Positions 48,201-56,155 of a stretch of DNA of 64,000 bases are shown here, piece by piece (within the stretch, counting starts at the first letter, position 1; every line of letters begins with the position of its first letter). The DNA lies in NCBI GenBank assembly GCA_039809865.1, contig JBDHVW010000005.1:10671-74670 (forward strand), given 5' to 3'. The stretch comes from Vulcanimicrobiota bacterium. GTDB lineage: Bacteria; Vulcanimicrobiota; Xenobia; Xenobiales; QWHO01. The notes under the pieces are model-generated. The model saw only the letters and a program-made list of their open reading frames with translations, made no database searches and was not told where the DNA came from. Both the position numbers and the translations under genes were made by a program.

Positions 48201-49675
48201 AAGACGCTCTTGCTGGCCGCCGCCGTCTCGAGCTGGCGCAGCGTCTGATCCTTCTCCTGCAGCAGGCGCAGCTCGTCGAGCTCGAGCTGGGACATCTCCT
48301 CGTAGAGCGTGCGCAGGCGGTCGCCCACCGCGTCGGAGAGCTGCTCGAGGTAAGCGGCGTAGCCCAGAGTGCGCTCGGCCCGAAAAAAGGCGTTGACTTC
48401 GTCGGTGAGGGCGGCCGTGCCACGGGCCGCCAGCTCGGCCGCACGGGCGGAGACCTTGCCGAACAGCCCGTCGGGTTTGTTCTCTCCCAGAGCGCGCAGG
48501 ATGGCCTCTTCCAGCACCCGCAGTTTGGCGGCCAGCGCGGCGCCCTGAGGCGGCTTTCGCTCGAGCTGCTCGCGCACGGCGGTCACCTCGCGGTCGTGGC
48601 GGAAGGCGGTCGGGCCGCCGGCCGCGTTGGTCAGCTCCTCCACGAACACGTGACGGGCCAGGGCTTCGCGATGCAAGAACTCCAGCGCCACTTTGGGCGT
48701 CTTGTCGGGCTCCTCGGCACCCCGCGTAATGGCGGCCTGCCAGCGCTCGGTCAGCTGGTTGAGAATGCGTGAGGCCAGCGCGGTGCGGATCTCGTCGAAG
48801 GGCAGCGAAAGCGAGGACGACGCCTGGCTGAAGTAGGTCACCGGGTTGCCCCGCTCGTCGACCTGGTGGGAAAACGCGTTCTGGCGGCGCGCGACCTCGG
48901 TGGCCAGGGGCCGGTAGGGCTCCCACAGCGGCAATCCCAGGTAGGCGGTGACCTGGAGGCCAAGAGCCTCGCGCTCGTGGGCGTCCTCGAGGTCGCGGCA
49001 GCTGAACATCACCACCCGGTCGTACGGGGCCTGGTCGGTCTCAAACGTCAATCCGCCGGGAATGCTGATGCTGTAGGTCGTGTCGGGGGCCTGCCAGTGG
49101 TTGAGCTCGATCAGCGCGGCATAGGGATTCGAGGCCCCGCGTTCGTGGCGCGCGGGCCGGGCCGAGCTGACCAGCACGGCTTCCACGACGGCCTCGGAGC
49201 CGGGCCGCAGCTGCTCGATCAGACCGCGCAACAAGAAGGGCAGCTCGCACAGCAGCACGCCGCCCGTGCCGCCGGCCAGGGAGCCGACCAGCGTGACGTG
49301 CACGGCCCCGTCCTCCAGCACCTCCGTCAGCAACGGATTGAGCCAGGCCGCCAGCACGCTGTAGTTGGTCAGGAAGACGAGTCGCCCCAGCATGCGGATG
49401 GCGCCGCAGCCCGAGCGACGCAGCTCGGGGCGGACCCCCGGCGGAACCAGGCGCTCCCAGATACCGGCGTCCAGGAGCAGCTTCTCGGACGGCTGCAGGT
49501 TGAGCTGGTGGCTCAGAATTTGCTTGCCCGCCAGCATGCTCAGGCTGGCCTTGTCGCTGTCGATGGCGGCGCACACCATGCGGGAGGCGGCCAGCCGGCC
49601 CGACAGCACGTCGCAGGCCTGCCCTACCAGGGCGGTGCCCAGGCCACCCAGACCGAGAATGAGGTGACCGCTCAC
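45266..49675 (-). CDS. giant multidomain protein: N-terminal FtsZ/tubulin-like GTPase domain, long helical middle region, C-terminal AAA-like ATPase
   Basis: 1469 aa. The N-terminus has ILGLGGLGTALV (G-box 1), AIDSDKASL (compare FtsZ AVNTDAQAL) and SLAGGTGGV (compare the tubulin/FtsZ GGGTGSG T4 loop). The C-terminus has Walker A VGPRRVGKTSVL and Walker B ALIILDEIDLM, paralogous to the ATPase of the downstream cyclase gene. ATGA overlap with upstream tatD. Confidence 0.75.
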   Translation of the reverse strand: MSGHLILGLGGLGTALVGQACDVLSGRLAASRMVCAAIDSDKASLSMLAGKQILSHQLNLQPSEKLLLDAGIWERLVPPGVRPELRRSGCGAIRMLGRLVFLTNYSVLAAWLNPLLTEVLEDGAVHVTLVGSLAGGTGGVLLCELPFLLRGLIEQLRPGSEAVVEAVLVSSARPARHERGASNPYAALIELNHWQAPDTTYSISIPGGLTFETDQAPYDRVVMFSCRDLEDAHEREALGLQVTAYLGLPLWEPYRPLATEVARRQNAFSHQVDERGNPVTYFSQASSSLSLPFDEIRTALASRILNQLTERWQAAITRGAEEPDKTPKVALEFLHREALARHVFVEELTNAAGGPTAFRHDREVTAVREQLERKPPQGAALAAKLRVLEEAILRALGENKPDGLFGKVSARAAELAARGTAALTDEVNAFFRAERTLGYAAYLEQLSDAVGDRLRTLYEEMSQLELDELRLLQEKDQTLRQLETAAASKSVFKKKKGLSTTPPALELIERFYSSRLVLHIHREAWNAFQELLLLVERFRSDTTTLFEYLTTLGKLFHDQHNQAMGQVFSVPGEVLLSRTEVNDFLADRASDKKIEKAPRWVRDELNVEPIELPARYKPREAVSALVGAVARHLGGLEGIDAVDQFFQRYRGAAAEEQLKQLFLRARPALQPRQQLEGWGHGQEVAFVAVHAAPGEETPGHQKLAEFLLQQELTLSVVPFLTRERMVFLRVTGGFPLRALELGPLHSSYLNELKGAKVAPHSRTDVRWRALSRPSDYERERVWETLAAAVRLGHLEAGDTLESLRWPDMTPVISCLYLFHDIEEGLLTQSTLLISLARWQEEKLDELGVEGYLKQLELSEDRMAGSGRMLLGVDLEPWLHQAARRLRLQLEQSWQEWEPLLASYLKHAPSLSEADLVQIPAGYRRWAMQRYELTHPGENLAFHPGAGRLELVSARDLSHLDADIRRLVESQEMDPDVFARAAGEIIDFCCQTLGFTPGRPLGLGTIWGRLVETHGLRIRIPSTIPFLACLRPLMGPQDVANLRNLLEQVGQDNRFGFLLVTGDKEANRALLSEGLSSLLRYDIIALTPDDLKAIMREKNRLSQLVRRVLEQVDLTVVSPFVTEGPVPASMFYGREGVIKEIHYRLDHSNVALVGPRRVGKTSVLQRVLSSLRKQDRPVFYLDCQALSKGSDFLMTLAAEHLPNWEPKMSFPAILMELQHRHEGRQALIILDEIDLMLAQDPQNSEFLGRSFRQAATEGKASFLLCGERTLHHKLHQADSAFFNFSHAMKLGFLSAEEATNLITEPLEQMEVRFDDRQAALEMLLYVSAGHPNLVQRACSVLVDRLNRERTRQISTDLLREVLTDQLFAEEYLETLWGSGGMRERIASLTLETDEEITAQDLRKRLEADYDVKLSLPELVESLDNLCLYGLLERHGPRYHLAVRSFPEMVAQVMDVREGVDLYKEMMANGG

Positions 49676-50433
49676 AACGGGCCGAAGAGGGAGGCGGCGG
49701 CGGCGCTGGTGGCGCGGGCCACTTCTTCAGGGTCGAGCCCGCGCAGCTCGGCGACCTTGCGCGCCATCAGGGGCACGTAACCCGGCTCGTTGCGCTTGCC
49801 TCGGTAAGGAATCGGGGCGAGGTAGGGGCCGTCGGTCTCGAGCAGCAGGCGGTCGAGAGGGGCCTGCCGCGCCACTTCGTGCACTTCGTGCAGCTTGGGA
49901 AAGGTGACCATGCCGGTGACGCCCACGTAAAAACCGAGCTGCAGGAATTTCTGGGCCCAGTCCCAGCCGCCCGTGAAGCAATGGACCACGCCCCGAACCC
50001 CGCCCTGACGGCACTCTTCGTAGAGCGCCTCCTCGGCCTCGCGGCAGTGCAGGATTACGGGTTTGTCCACCTTTCGGGCCAGCTCGAATTGCTGGCGCAG
50101 GCAGCGGAACTGCTCCTCGGGCGTGGCGAAATCGTAGTGGAAGTCGAGCCCGATCTCGCCGATCGCGACGGCCTTGCCGGCCAGCTGCTCGAGCTCGGTC
50201 AGGCAGTCGGAGCTCCAGGCCTTCGCCTCGTGGGGGTGCACGCCCACGGCCGCCCGGATGCGGTCGTCGCGCTCGCTCATTCGCACGATCTGGCGCGCCG
50301 AATCCATTTGCGTGGCCGGGGCGATGACGCGTTCCACCCCCGCTTGCGTGGCGCGATCGAGCACGGCCTCCCAATCGGCCGAATAGGCCTCGGCATCCAG
50401 GTGAATATGGGTGTCGACCAGCACGGTCAGCAT
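49672..50433 (-). CDS. tatD: TatD family metal-dependent hydrolase/DNase
   Basis: About 253 aa from MLTVLVDTHIHLD. TatD motifs are present (VGVHPHEA; AIGEIGLD; ILHCREA; VHCFTGG; LLETDGPYL). Its stop overlaps the start of the giant gene. Confidence 0.85.
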   Translation of the reverse strand: MLTVLVDTHIHLDAEAYSADWEAVLDRATQAGVERVIAPATQMDSARQIVRMSERDDRIRAAVGVHPHEAKAWSSDCLTELEQLAGKAVAIGEIGLDFHYDFATPEEQFRCLRQQFELARKVDKPVILHCREAEEALYEECRQGGVRGVVHCFTGGWDWAQKFLQLGFYVGVTGMVTFPKLHEVHEVARQAPLDRLLLETDGPYLAPIPYRGKRNEPGYVPLMARKVAELRGLDPEEVARATSAAAASLFGPL

Positions 50434-50572
50434 GCTTCGGGTGTCTGCGAAGTTTTGCCTTTCCGGACGCCCCCGCCAGCCTCCCACACACCTGTTCGGA
50501 AGGTGCGAAGGAAATTCTTCAAGTCGGGAAGAATTTTCCTCGTCTGACGACTGGGAAAGGAGGAGGGATGTC

Positions 50573-50848
50573 ATGGGTCGGGCGGCTCGCGAGCATAGCT
50601 CGGCAGAACCGGTACGCCGTTTGCGGCGCAGCGTCGAGGGTTTCGAGAAGAAGACCCGGGCGGCGACTCCGCAGCGGTCCAAGACCCGTTCGGCCCGAGC
50701 CAAATCACGTCCCTCGAAGTCCCGAGCGTTGCCCTGGCGCCTTCTCCTGGTGCTGGGGCTGATCCTGATGGTGGGCTCCACCGTCTGGACGATCGTCCAC
50801 TCGCCAACGAAACGCCCCCCCTTATCCCATAGCAAATCGTCCCGTTAG
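50573..50848 (+). CDS. putative small basic protein with C-terminal transmembrane anchor
   Basis: 91-aa ORF (MGRAAREHSS...ALPWRLLLVLGLILMVGSTVWTIVHS...) preceded by a strong AAGGAGG RBS 9 nt upstream. Intergenic location between tatD and the amidase; unverified. Confidence 0.35.
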   Translation: MGRAAREHSSAEPVRRLRRSVEGFEKKTRAATPQRSKTRSARAKSRPSKSRALPWRLLLVLGLILMVGSTVWTIVHSPTKRPPLSHSKSSR

Positions 50849-50970
50849 GGGTTGAGAGTCGAGAGTTAAGAGTATCGCTGCGAAACTCTAAACTCTGAGC
50901 CCTCAATTCTCGACCGAACAGAGAAACACGATACCGGGGTTCCCTGTCTGATTCGCGGAAGGAGTGAAGG

Positions 50971-52752
50971 ATGAAGAAACTCCGCCTGTTTGCCCTGGCG
51001 GCGCTGCTGGCACTGTGTTTGCCCGTGGTCGCGCGCGCTCAGGATGAAGGCTCCGACCGGTGCGTCGTCACCCTCAAGGGGATGACCCGCCTGAATATCA
51101 AGCACTACGGCGGCAGCCTCGCGTTGCCGGCCCGCGCCACCAGCCTTCCCGACGATTTCCTGGTGGACGCCCGCTCTCCCGAGTTGGGCGAGCTGGGGCG
51201 CCCCTACGGCGCCCAGATCAGCTGGGACGGGAAGGCGCTGGTGTGCCGCAAGAACGGCCAGACCACCCGGCTGGCCCTCAATCAGGACCGCTATCCCGAT
51301 GACGCCACCGGCCGCCATCTCGACCTGGTCGCCCAGGAGCTCGACGGCGTGCCCCAGATCCCCCTCTCGATCCTCGAGGACATGTGCGGCGCCCGCCTCA
51401 CCGTGCAGGGCAACGACGCCTGGTTCGAGCCGCTGATCAAGTCGGTGCGCGTGGATGGCAAGAAGCTGCTCATCGACTCCACTCTGGCCGTGCGCTGCAA
51501 GACCTTTCGCTTGAAAGAGCCCGACCGCTACGTCATCGACATCGCCGGCGCCGTGCTGGACACCGGCTCCAACAAGCTCGAAGACCCCGACCTGGGCGTG
51601 GTGCGCCTGGGCCAGTTCACACTGGGCCCGGCGGTCAGCCGCATCGTCATCCCGACCACTCCGGGCGTCAACCTGCGCCCGACCAGCGGAGCCCCCGGCC
51701 AGCTGGCCTTCGCTCTCACGCTGCCCAGGTCGGCTCCGGTGGCCACCGCCGCCCCTGCGCCGGGCCAGTCCTTTCCGGGCGCCAAGATTACCTCGGTCGC
51801 GTTCGAGCCGATGGTGGGCGGACATCGCCTGATCGTCACCGCCGACGGCCCGGTGCAGTATGAGTGGCGTCGCTACAAGCAGCCCGACAACCGCTTCGTG
51901 CTGGACATCCCCAAGGCCGGCCTGGTTGGAGCCAAGCAAGACTTCGACGGCGACGGCGCCTTTCTGGCCAACGTCCGCGTCTCCCAGTTCTCGGCCGAGC
52001 CCGACGCCGTGGTGCGGGTGGTTGCCGAGCTCAATCGTCCCGCCCTCACCCGCATCACTCCGGGCGATGACGCCAACAGCTTCGTGCTCGAGATCATGGA
52101 CCAGGCTCCTATCGAGTACGGCCAGACCCAGGGTTACGGCGCCACCAGCTTTCCCAAGATCGGCGGCGGCGTCATCTGCATCGACCCGGGCCACGGCGGC
52201 TCGGATACCGGCGCCGTCAACCGCGCGCTGGGCATCTGCGAGGCCGACATCACGCTGGACATCTGCCTGCGGCTGGCCGAGATCCTCAAACGCGAGGGCT
52301 GGAACGTGGTGATGACCCGCACCGACGATCGCGATGTCTCCTGGGCCGGCTCCCCCGACGCCCAGGAGCTGGGCGCCCGCGTCAAGGTGGGCGACGACTA
52401 CGGCGCCGACCTCTTCGTGAGCGTGCACTGCAACAGCTCGGCCGGCTCCAGCGCCAACGGCACGTCCGTCTACTACTACAAGTCCTCCGACTACCTGCTG
52501 GCCCAGGAGCTGCACGGCAACATCGTCGCCGCCACCGGCCGGGCCAACCGCGGCATGCAGAAGAACCGCTTCTACGTGCTGGCCCACTCCAAGATCCCGT
52601 CGGTGCTGATCGAGACGGCCTTCATCTCCAACATGACCGAAGCCAGGCTGCTCAATACCCCCGAATTCCGCCAGGGCATCGCCGAGGGCATCGCGGTGGG
52701 TCTGCGCCAGTACGCCTCGCGCTACATGAACAAAGCCACCGCGAACCGTTGA
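50971..52752 (+). CDS. N-acetylmuramoyl-L-alanine amidase (Amidase_3, AmiC-like with N-terminal AMIN-like domains)
   Basis: Signal peptide (MKKLRLFALAALLALCLPVVARA). The C-terminal catalytic domain is ICIDPGHGGSDTGAV...DLFVSVHCNS...NRGMQKNRFYVLAHSKIPSVLIETAFISN. Confidence 0.85.
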   Translation: MKKLRLFALAALLALCLPVVARAQDEGSDRCVVTLKGMTRLNIKHYGGSLALPARATSLPDDFLVDARSPELGELGRPYGAQISWDGKALVCRKNGQTTRLALNQDRYPDDATGRHLDLVAQELDGVPQIPLSILEDMCGARLTVQGNDAWFEPLIKSVRVDGKKLLIDSTLAVRCKTFRLKEPDRYVIDIAGAVLDTGSNKLEDPDLGVVRLGQFTLGPAVSRIVIPTTPGVNLRPTSGAPGQLAFALTLPRSAPVATAAPAPGQSFPGAKITSVAFEPMVGGHRLIVTADGPVQYEWRRYKQPDNRFVLDIPKAGLVGAKQDFDGDGAFLANVRVSQFSAEPDAVVRVVAELNRPALTRITPGDDANSFVLEIMDQAPIEYGQTQGYGATSFPKIGGGVICIDPGHGGSDTGAVNRALGICEADITLDICLRLAEILKREGWNVVMTRTDDRDVSWAGSPDAQELGARVKVGDDYGADLFVSVHCNSSAGSSANGTSVYYYKSSDYLLAQELHGNIVAATGRANRGMQKNRFYVLAHSKIPSVLIETAFISNMTEARLLNTPEFRQGIAEGIAVGLRQYASRYMNKATANR

Positions 52753-53537
52753 CCCCGGTCCAGCAGGCCGCCCTGCTGGGGGTGATCCAGGGATTGACGG
52801 AGTTCCTGCCGGTCTCGAGCTCGGCCCACCTGCGGCTGGTGCCCGAGCTGGCCGGGTGGCCCTATCTGGGCAAGGGTTTCGACGTGGCTCTCCACGGCGG
52901 GACCCTGCTCGCTTTGATGGCCTACTTTCGGGCCGAGCTTCTCAGGTTGCTCCAGGCTCTGCTCCCCGGGCGCGAGCCGGACGTGGTGGCACGCCGCCTG
53001 CTGGCCCGCCTGGCGCTGGCCAGCGTGCCGGTGGCCACGGTGGGCTACCTGCTGGAGAAGTTCCTCGAGAGCCACTTCCAGAGCTCGCTCTCGATCGCGT
53101 TCTGGCTGGCGCTGGTGGGCGTCTTGATGCTGCTGGCGGAGCGCGGCCCCGAGCGCGCCGGGCCCGTCGGTCTGGGGCAGGCTCTGGCGGTGGGCTGCGC
53201 TCAGGTCCTGGCGCTGTTCCCGGGAGCTTCGCGCTCGGGAACGACCCTGGCGGCGGCTCGCTGGCTCGGCTTGGAGCGTCGCGAGGCGGCCCGGTTCTGT
53301 TTCCTGATGGGCTTCCCGGTCATCCTGGGCGCCACGGTCTACAAGTTGCTCAAGCTCGAGGGCGGTCCGCCCGAGCTGCTGCTGACCGGAATGGCCTGCG
53401 CTGCCCTGAGCGGGCTGGTCGCCATCCACCTCTGCCTGCGGGTGCTGCCCCGCTGGGGTCTGGCGCCGTTCGCGCTGTATCGAATCGCTCTGGCGGTCCT
53501 CCTGGTTGCGAGGTCGGCAGTTGACAGTTGGCAGTAA
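52749..53537 (+). CDS. uppP: undecaprenyl-diphosphatase (UppP/BacA)
   Basis: 262 aa starting at TTG with a 4-nt overlap with the amidase gene. Motifs GLTEFLPVSSSAHL and FPGASRSGTT (PGxSRSGxT). Confidence 0.85.
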   Translation: MTPVQQAALLGVIQGLTEFLPVSSSAHLRLVPELAGWPYLGKGFDVALHGGTLLALMAYFRAELLRLLQALLPGREPDVVARRLLARLALASVPVATVGYLLEKFLESHFQSSLSIAFWLALVGVLMLLAERGPERAGPVGLGQALAVGCAQVLALFPGASRSGTTLAAARWLGLERREAARFCFLMGFPVILGATVYKLLKLEGGPPELLLTGMACAALSGLVAIHLCLRVLPRWGLAPFALYRIALAVLLVARSAVDSWQ

Positions 53538-53540
53538 AGT

Positions 53541-54854
53541 GTGGGTGTGCTGAGGATCTGGTTGATTTTGCTGCTGTTGGGCGTGGCCCGGGGAGAGACG
53601 CGTGAGCTGACGTTCATGCCGCCCGGACCGGGGGACTCGCTGTATCAGTATGCCACTTTCGAGGTCCCGCCCGGCACCGGCCGGGTGCATGTGGCCTACG
53701 CCTACGACAGGAACGGCAACACGGTCGACATCGGTCTGTTCGACTGCCAGGGATTTCGCGGCTGGAGCGGGGGCAAGCGGTCCGAGTTCAGCGTGGCCGC
53801 GGACCGGGCGACGCCGGGCTACCTGCCGGGGCCGCTCCCGCCGGGCCAGTGGAAGGTGATCCTGGGGCTCTACCAGGTCCAATCCGAGGGGGTCACCATC
53901 CGCCTGACGATCGACGTGGAGCCCGGTTCCGCCACCCGGACCACGGCCTTTCCGCGAGCCTTCGGGGCGCGCGGCGGCCCGGGTTGGTACCGAGGCGATC
54001 TCCACATGCACACCGAGCACAGCGACGGCGACCAGACGCTGGACGAGCTGGTGGCCTACGCGCTGGGGCATCACCTGCAATTTCTCGGGCTTACCGAGCA
54101 CAACACGGTGAGCCACCACGGCGCCTTCAGCGACGAGGTGCTGCTGATCCCGGGCGAGGAAATCACCACGCGCCACGGCCATTGCAATGCCTGGGGCGAG
54201 CCCGCGGGCCACTGGCTCGACTTTCGCCAGCCCGTGGCAGCCCTCGTGAAAGAGGTCCACGAGCTCGGAGGGCTGATTTCGGCCAACCATCCCTACGCGC
54301 TCTGCAAAGGCTGCGTGTGGGAGTACGGGTTCGACCTGCCGCTCGACTCGGTGGAGGTCTGGAACGGCGCCTGGGACCCCACCGATGAGCAGGCCCTCGA
54401 GCTCTGGGTGGGCCTGCTGAAACAGGGCCGCCATCTTCCCCTGGTGGGCTCGAGCGATTCGCACAAGCTGTCCGAGCCGATCGGCAATCCGACGCTGCAC
54501 GTCTGGGCCGAGGCCCTTTCGCAGCAAGCCGTGCTGGACGCTGTCAAAGCGGGCCGCTCGTTCGTGACCGCGACCCCGGCCACGCCGCCCCTCGCGTTGC
54601 GCGCGGGCGAGAAGCAAATCGGCGACACCGTGGTGATTCCGAACCCGGACCGGGTGCGCGTGCGCGCCGAAGGTCCGGGCCTGTTGACCCTGGTCACGCC
54701 GACCACGCGGCGTCCGGTCGAGAGCGGGGCCGAGGTGGAGCTGGCCTTCCAAAGCTCCGGGTTCGTCTATCTCGAGGCTCGCGACGAAAACGGCCAGATG
54801 CTGGGGCTCACCAACCCCATCTACGTAAAAATCGCTACAATGGCTGCCCTTTGA
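53541..54854 (+). CDS. PHP-domain (CehA/McbA family) metallohydrolase, secreted
   Basis: Signal peptide, then an N-terminal beta domain and a PHP core GDLHMHTEHSDG...LGLTEHNT...NHPY. Confidence 0.75.
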   Translation: MGVLRIWLILLLLGVARGETRELTFMPPGPGDSLYQYATFEVPPGTGRVHVAYAYDRNGNTVDIGLFDCQGFRGWSGGKRSEFSVAADRATPGYLPGPLPPGQWKVILGLYQVQSEGVTIRLTIDVEPGSATRTTAFPRAFGARGGPGWYRGDLHMHTEHSDGDQTLDELVAYALGHHLQFLGLTEHNTVSHHGAFSDEVLLIPGEEITTRHGHCNAWGEPAGHWLDFRQPVAALVKEVHELGGLISANHPYALCKGCVWEYGFDLPLDSVEVWNGAWDPTDEQALELWVGLLKQGRHLPLVGSSDSHKLSEPIGNPTLHVWAEALSQQAVLDAVKAGRSFVTATPATPPLALRAGEKQIGDTVVIPNPDRVRVRAEGPGLLTLVTPTTRRPVESGAEVELAFQSSGFVYLEARDENGQMLGLTNPIYVKIATMAAL

Positions 54855-56025
54855 GCGTCTCCACCATCTTGCCCTCGAAGATCTTGGGCCTGGTCTCGTC
54901 GTAGACGGTGCCGGTCAGCGCTTCCTTGCCTTTGCCCAGAGCCCGGTGCAGGTCTTCCGTGATGGCGTTGATCGCCATGCGCGGCCGCTCGCCGGGCTGG
55001 AAGTAGGTCTCCGGCACGATGGGCTTGCCCACCAGCACTTTGGCGACGTAGCGGTTGCGCCAGGCCTCGTTCAATCCCAGCGTGCCGGCGGCGCCCAGGC
55101 TGCCCACGATGGGAGCCATCGTGTCCGGGGCGAGCGCGCAGGCCAGGCCTCCGAAGAGGCCTCCGGCCAGGGCGCCCAGCGCGCCTCCCTTCAGCATCGC
55201 GGCGAAACGGGGAGCCTGGTTGTGTTTCACGCGGGCGGGCGTGGTGTGCTTCTTCAGGCCGCCCCAGATCTTGGCGCCCGCCAACGAGCCGCTCAGGGCG
55301 CCCATGGCGGCGCGCGCGGCCAGGCCGCCGTTGGCGCCCGCATAGATGGTGGCGGTGGCCACCCCGACCGCGGCCAGCACGCCCACCGCCAGCTCGGTGT
55401 AGCGGGGCTTGTCGTCGGGAGCGTAGTGAATGGAGATCGGGATGATCGACCTGGCGCCGCCGGAAATGGCGGCCGCGGCCACGCCCTTCTTGATGGGGGC
55501 GACGGTCCCGTCGTCATACTCTTCCTGAGGGATGGTGCCCTCGGGGAAGATCACCATATCCTTGCCGCCCTCGAGGATCTCCTTGGTGTGCCGCATCGTG
55601 GCGGGCGCGGCCCCTTCGCGGTTGACGGGGAAAGCGCCGCCCCAGGTGATGATCTTGCCCCCCAGACCGCGGAAGATCTGCTGGTTGGCCATCGAGCGCA
55701 CGTCCCGGTCGAGCACCGCGAACACGACCGCCGGGTCGAACACGCTGGGATGCGTGGGGGCGAAGATGTGGCCCCCGTCGCCCTTCTCGGGCAGGTTCTC
55801 CGCGCCCTCGACCTCGATGCGGTATTTCATGGCGACCAGTCCCTTGCACAGAGGGCGCAGGATGTTCGTGAAGCGCGGGGCGGACCGGCCATCGGGCGGA
55901 CCGGAATAGTCGATCACGTCCGAGCCGAACGTGGCTTTGGGCTTCTCGGCCTCGGCCGGGGGCGCTTCGCCCTCGGCTTTCTGAGCCCGCGTATAGAGAT
56001 GAGTGGTCGCGGCGGTGACCTGCAT
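54835..56025 (-). CDS. lysophospholipid (1-acyl-sn-glycerol-3-phosphate) acyltransferase-like protein with Gly/Ala-rich C-terminal region
   Basis: Central acyltransferase blocks (IFAPTHPSVFDP; FPVNREG; VIFPEGT) are followed by a Gly/Ala-rich hydrophobic tail. Convergent overlap of 20 bp with the PHP gene. Confidence 0.65.
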   Translation of the reverse strand: MQVTAATTHLYTRAQKAEGEAPPAEAEKPKATFGSDVIDYSGPPDGRSAPRFTNILRPLCKGLVAMKYRIEVEGAENLPEKGDGGHIFAPTHPSVFDPAVVFAVLDRDVRSMANQQIFRGLGGKIITWGGAFPVNREGAAPATMRHTKEILEGGKDMVIFPEGTIPQEEYDDGTVAPIKKGVAAAAISGGARSIIPISIHYAPDDKPRYTELAVGVLAAVGVATATIYAGANGGLAARAAMGALSGSLAGAKIWGGLKKHTTPARVKHNQAPRFAAMLKGGALGALAGGLFGGLACALAPDTMAPIVGSLGAAGTLGLNEAWRNRYVAKVLVGKPIVPETYFQPGERPRMAINAITEDLHRALGKGKEALTGTVYDETRPKIFEGKMVETLKGQPL

Positions 56026-56155
56026 GGCATCGTCCCCTTTATCTAGTCGTGCCCAGAATGGGCCAGGGGGCTCAAAGGTACCTGAAACTGGCTTTTCATG
56101 AAGATTTTAGGGACCCCGAGCATGATGTCTTTACTTCCGAACAGGTGAGGCAGAT

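Noticed and set aside
47219-48772. 517-aa plus-strand ORF inside the giant gene, and assorted 100-700-aa ORFs antisense to it
   Set aside because: High-GC antisense open frames; the sense frame carries Walker motifs and tubulin-like motifs.
50866-54752. Long minus-strand ORFs (573 aa and 676 aa) antisense to the amidase, uppP and PHP genes
   Set aside because: Junk composition; the plus-strand genes have clear signal peptides and catalytic motifs.
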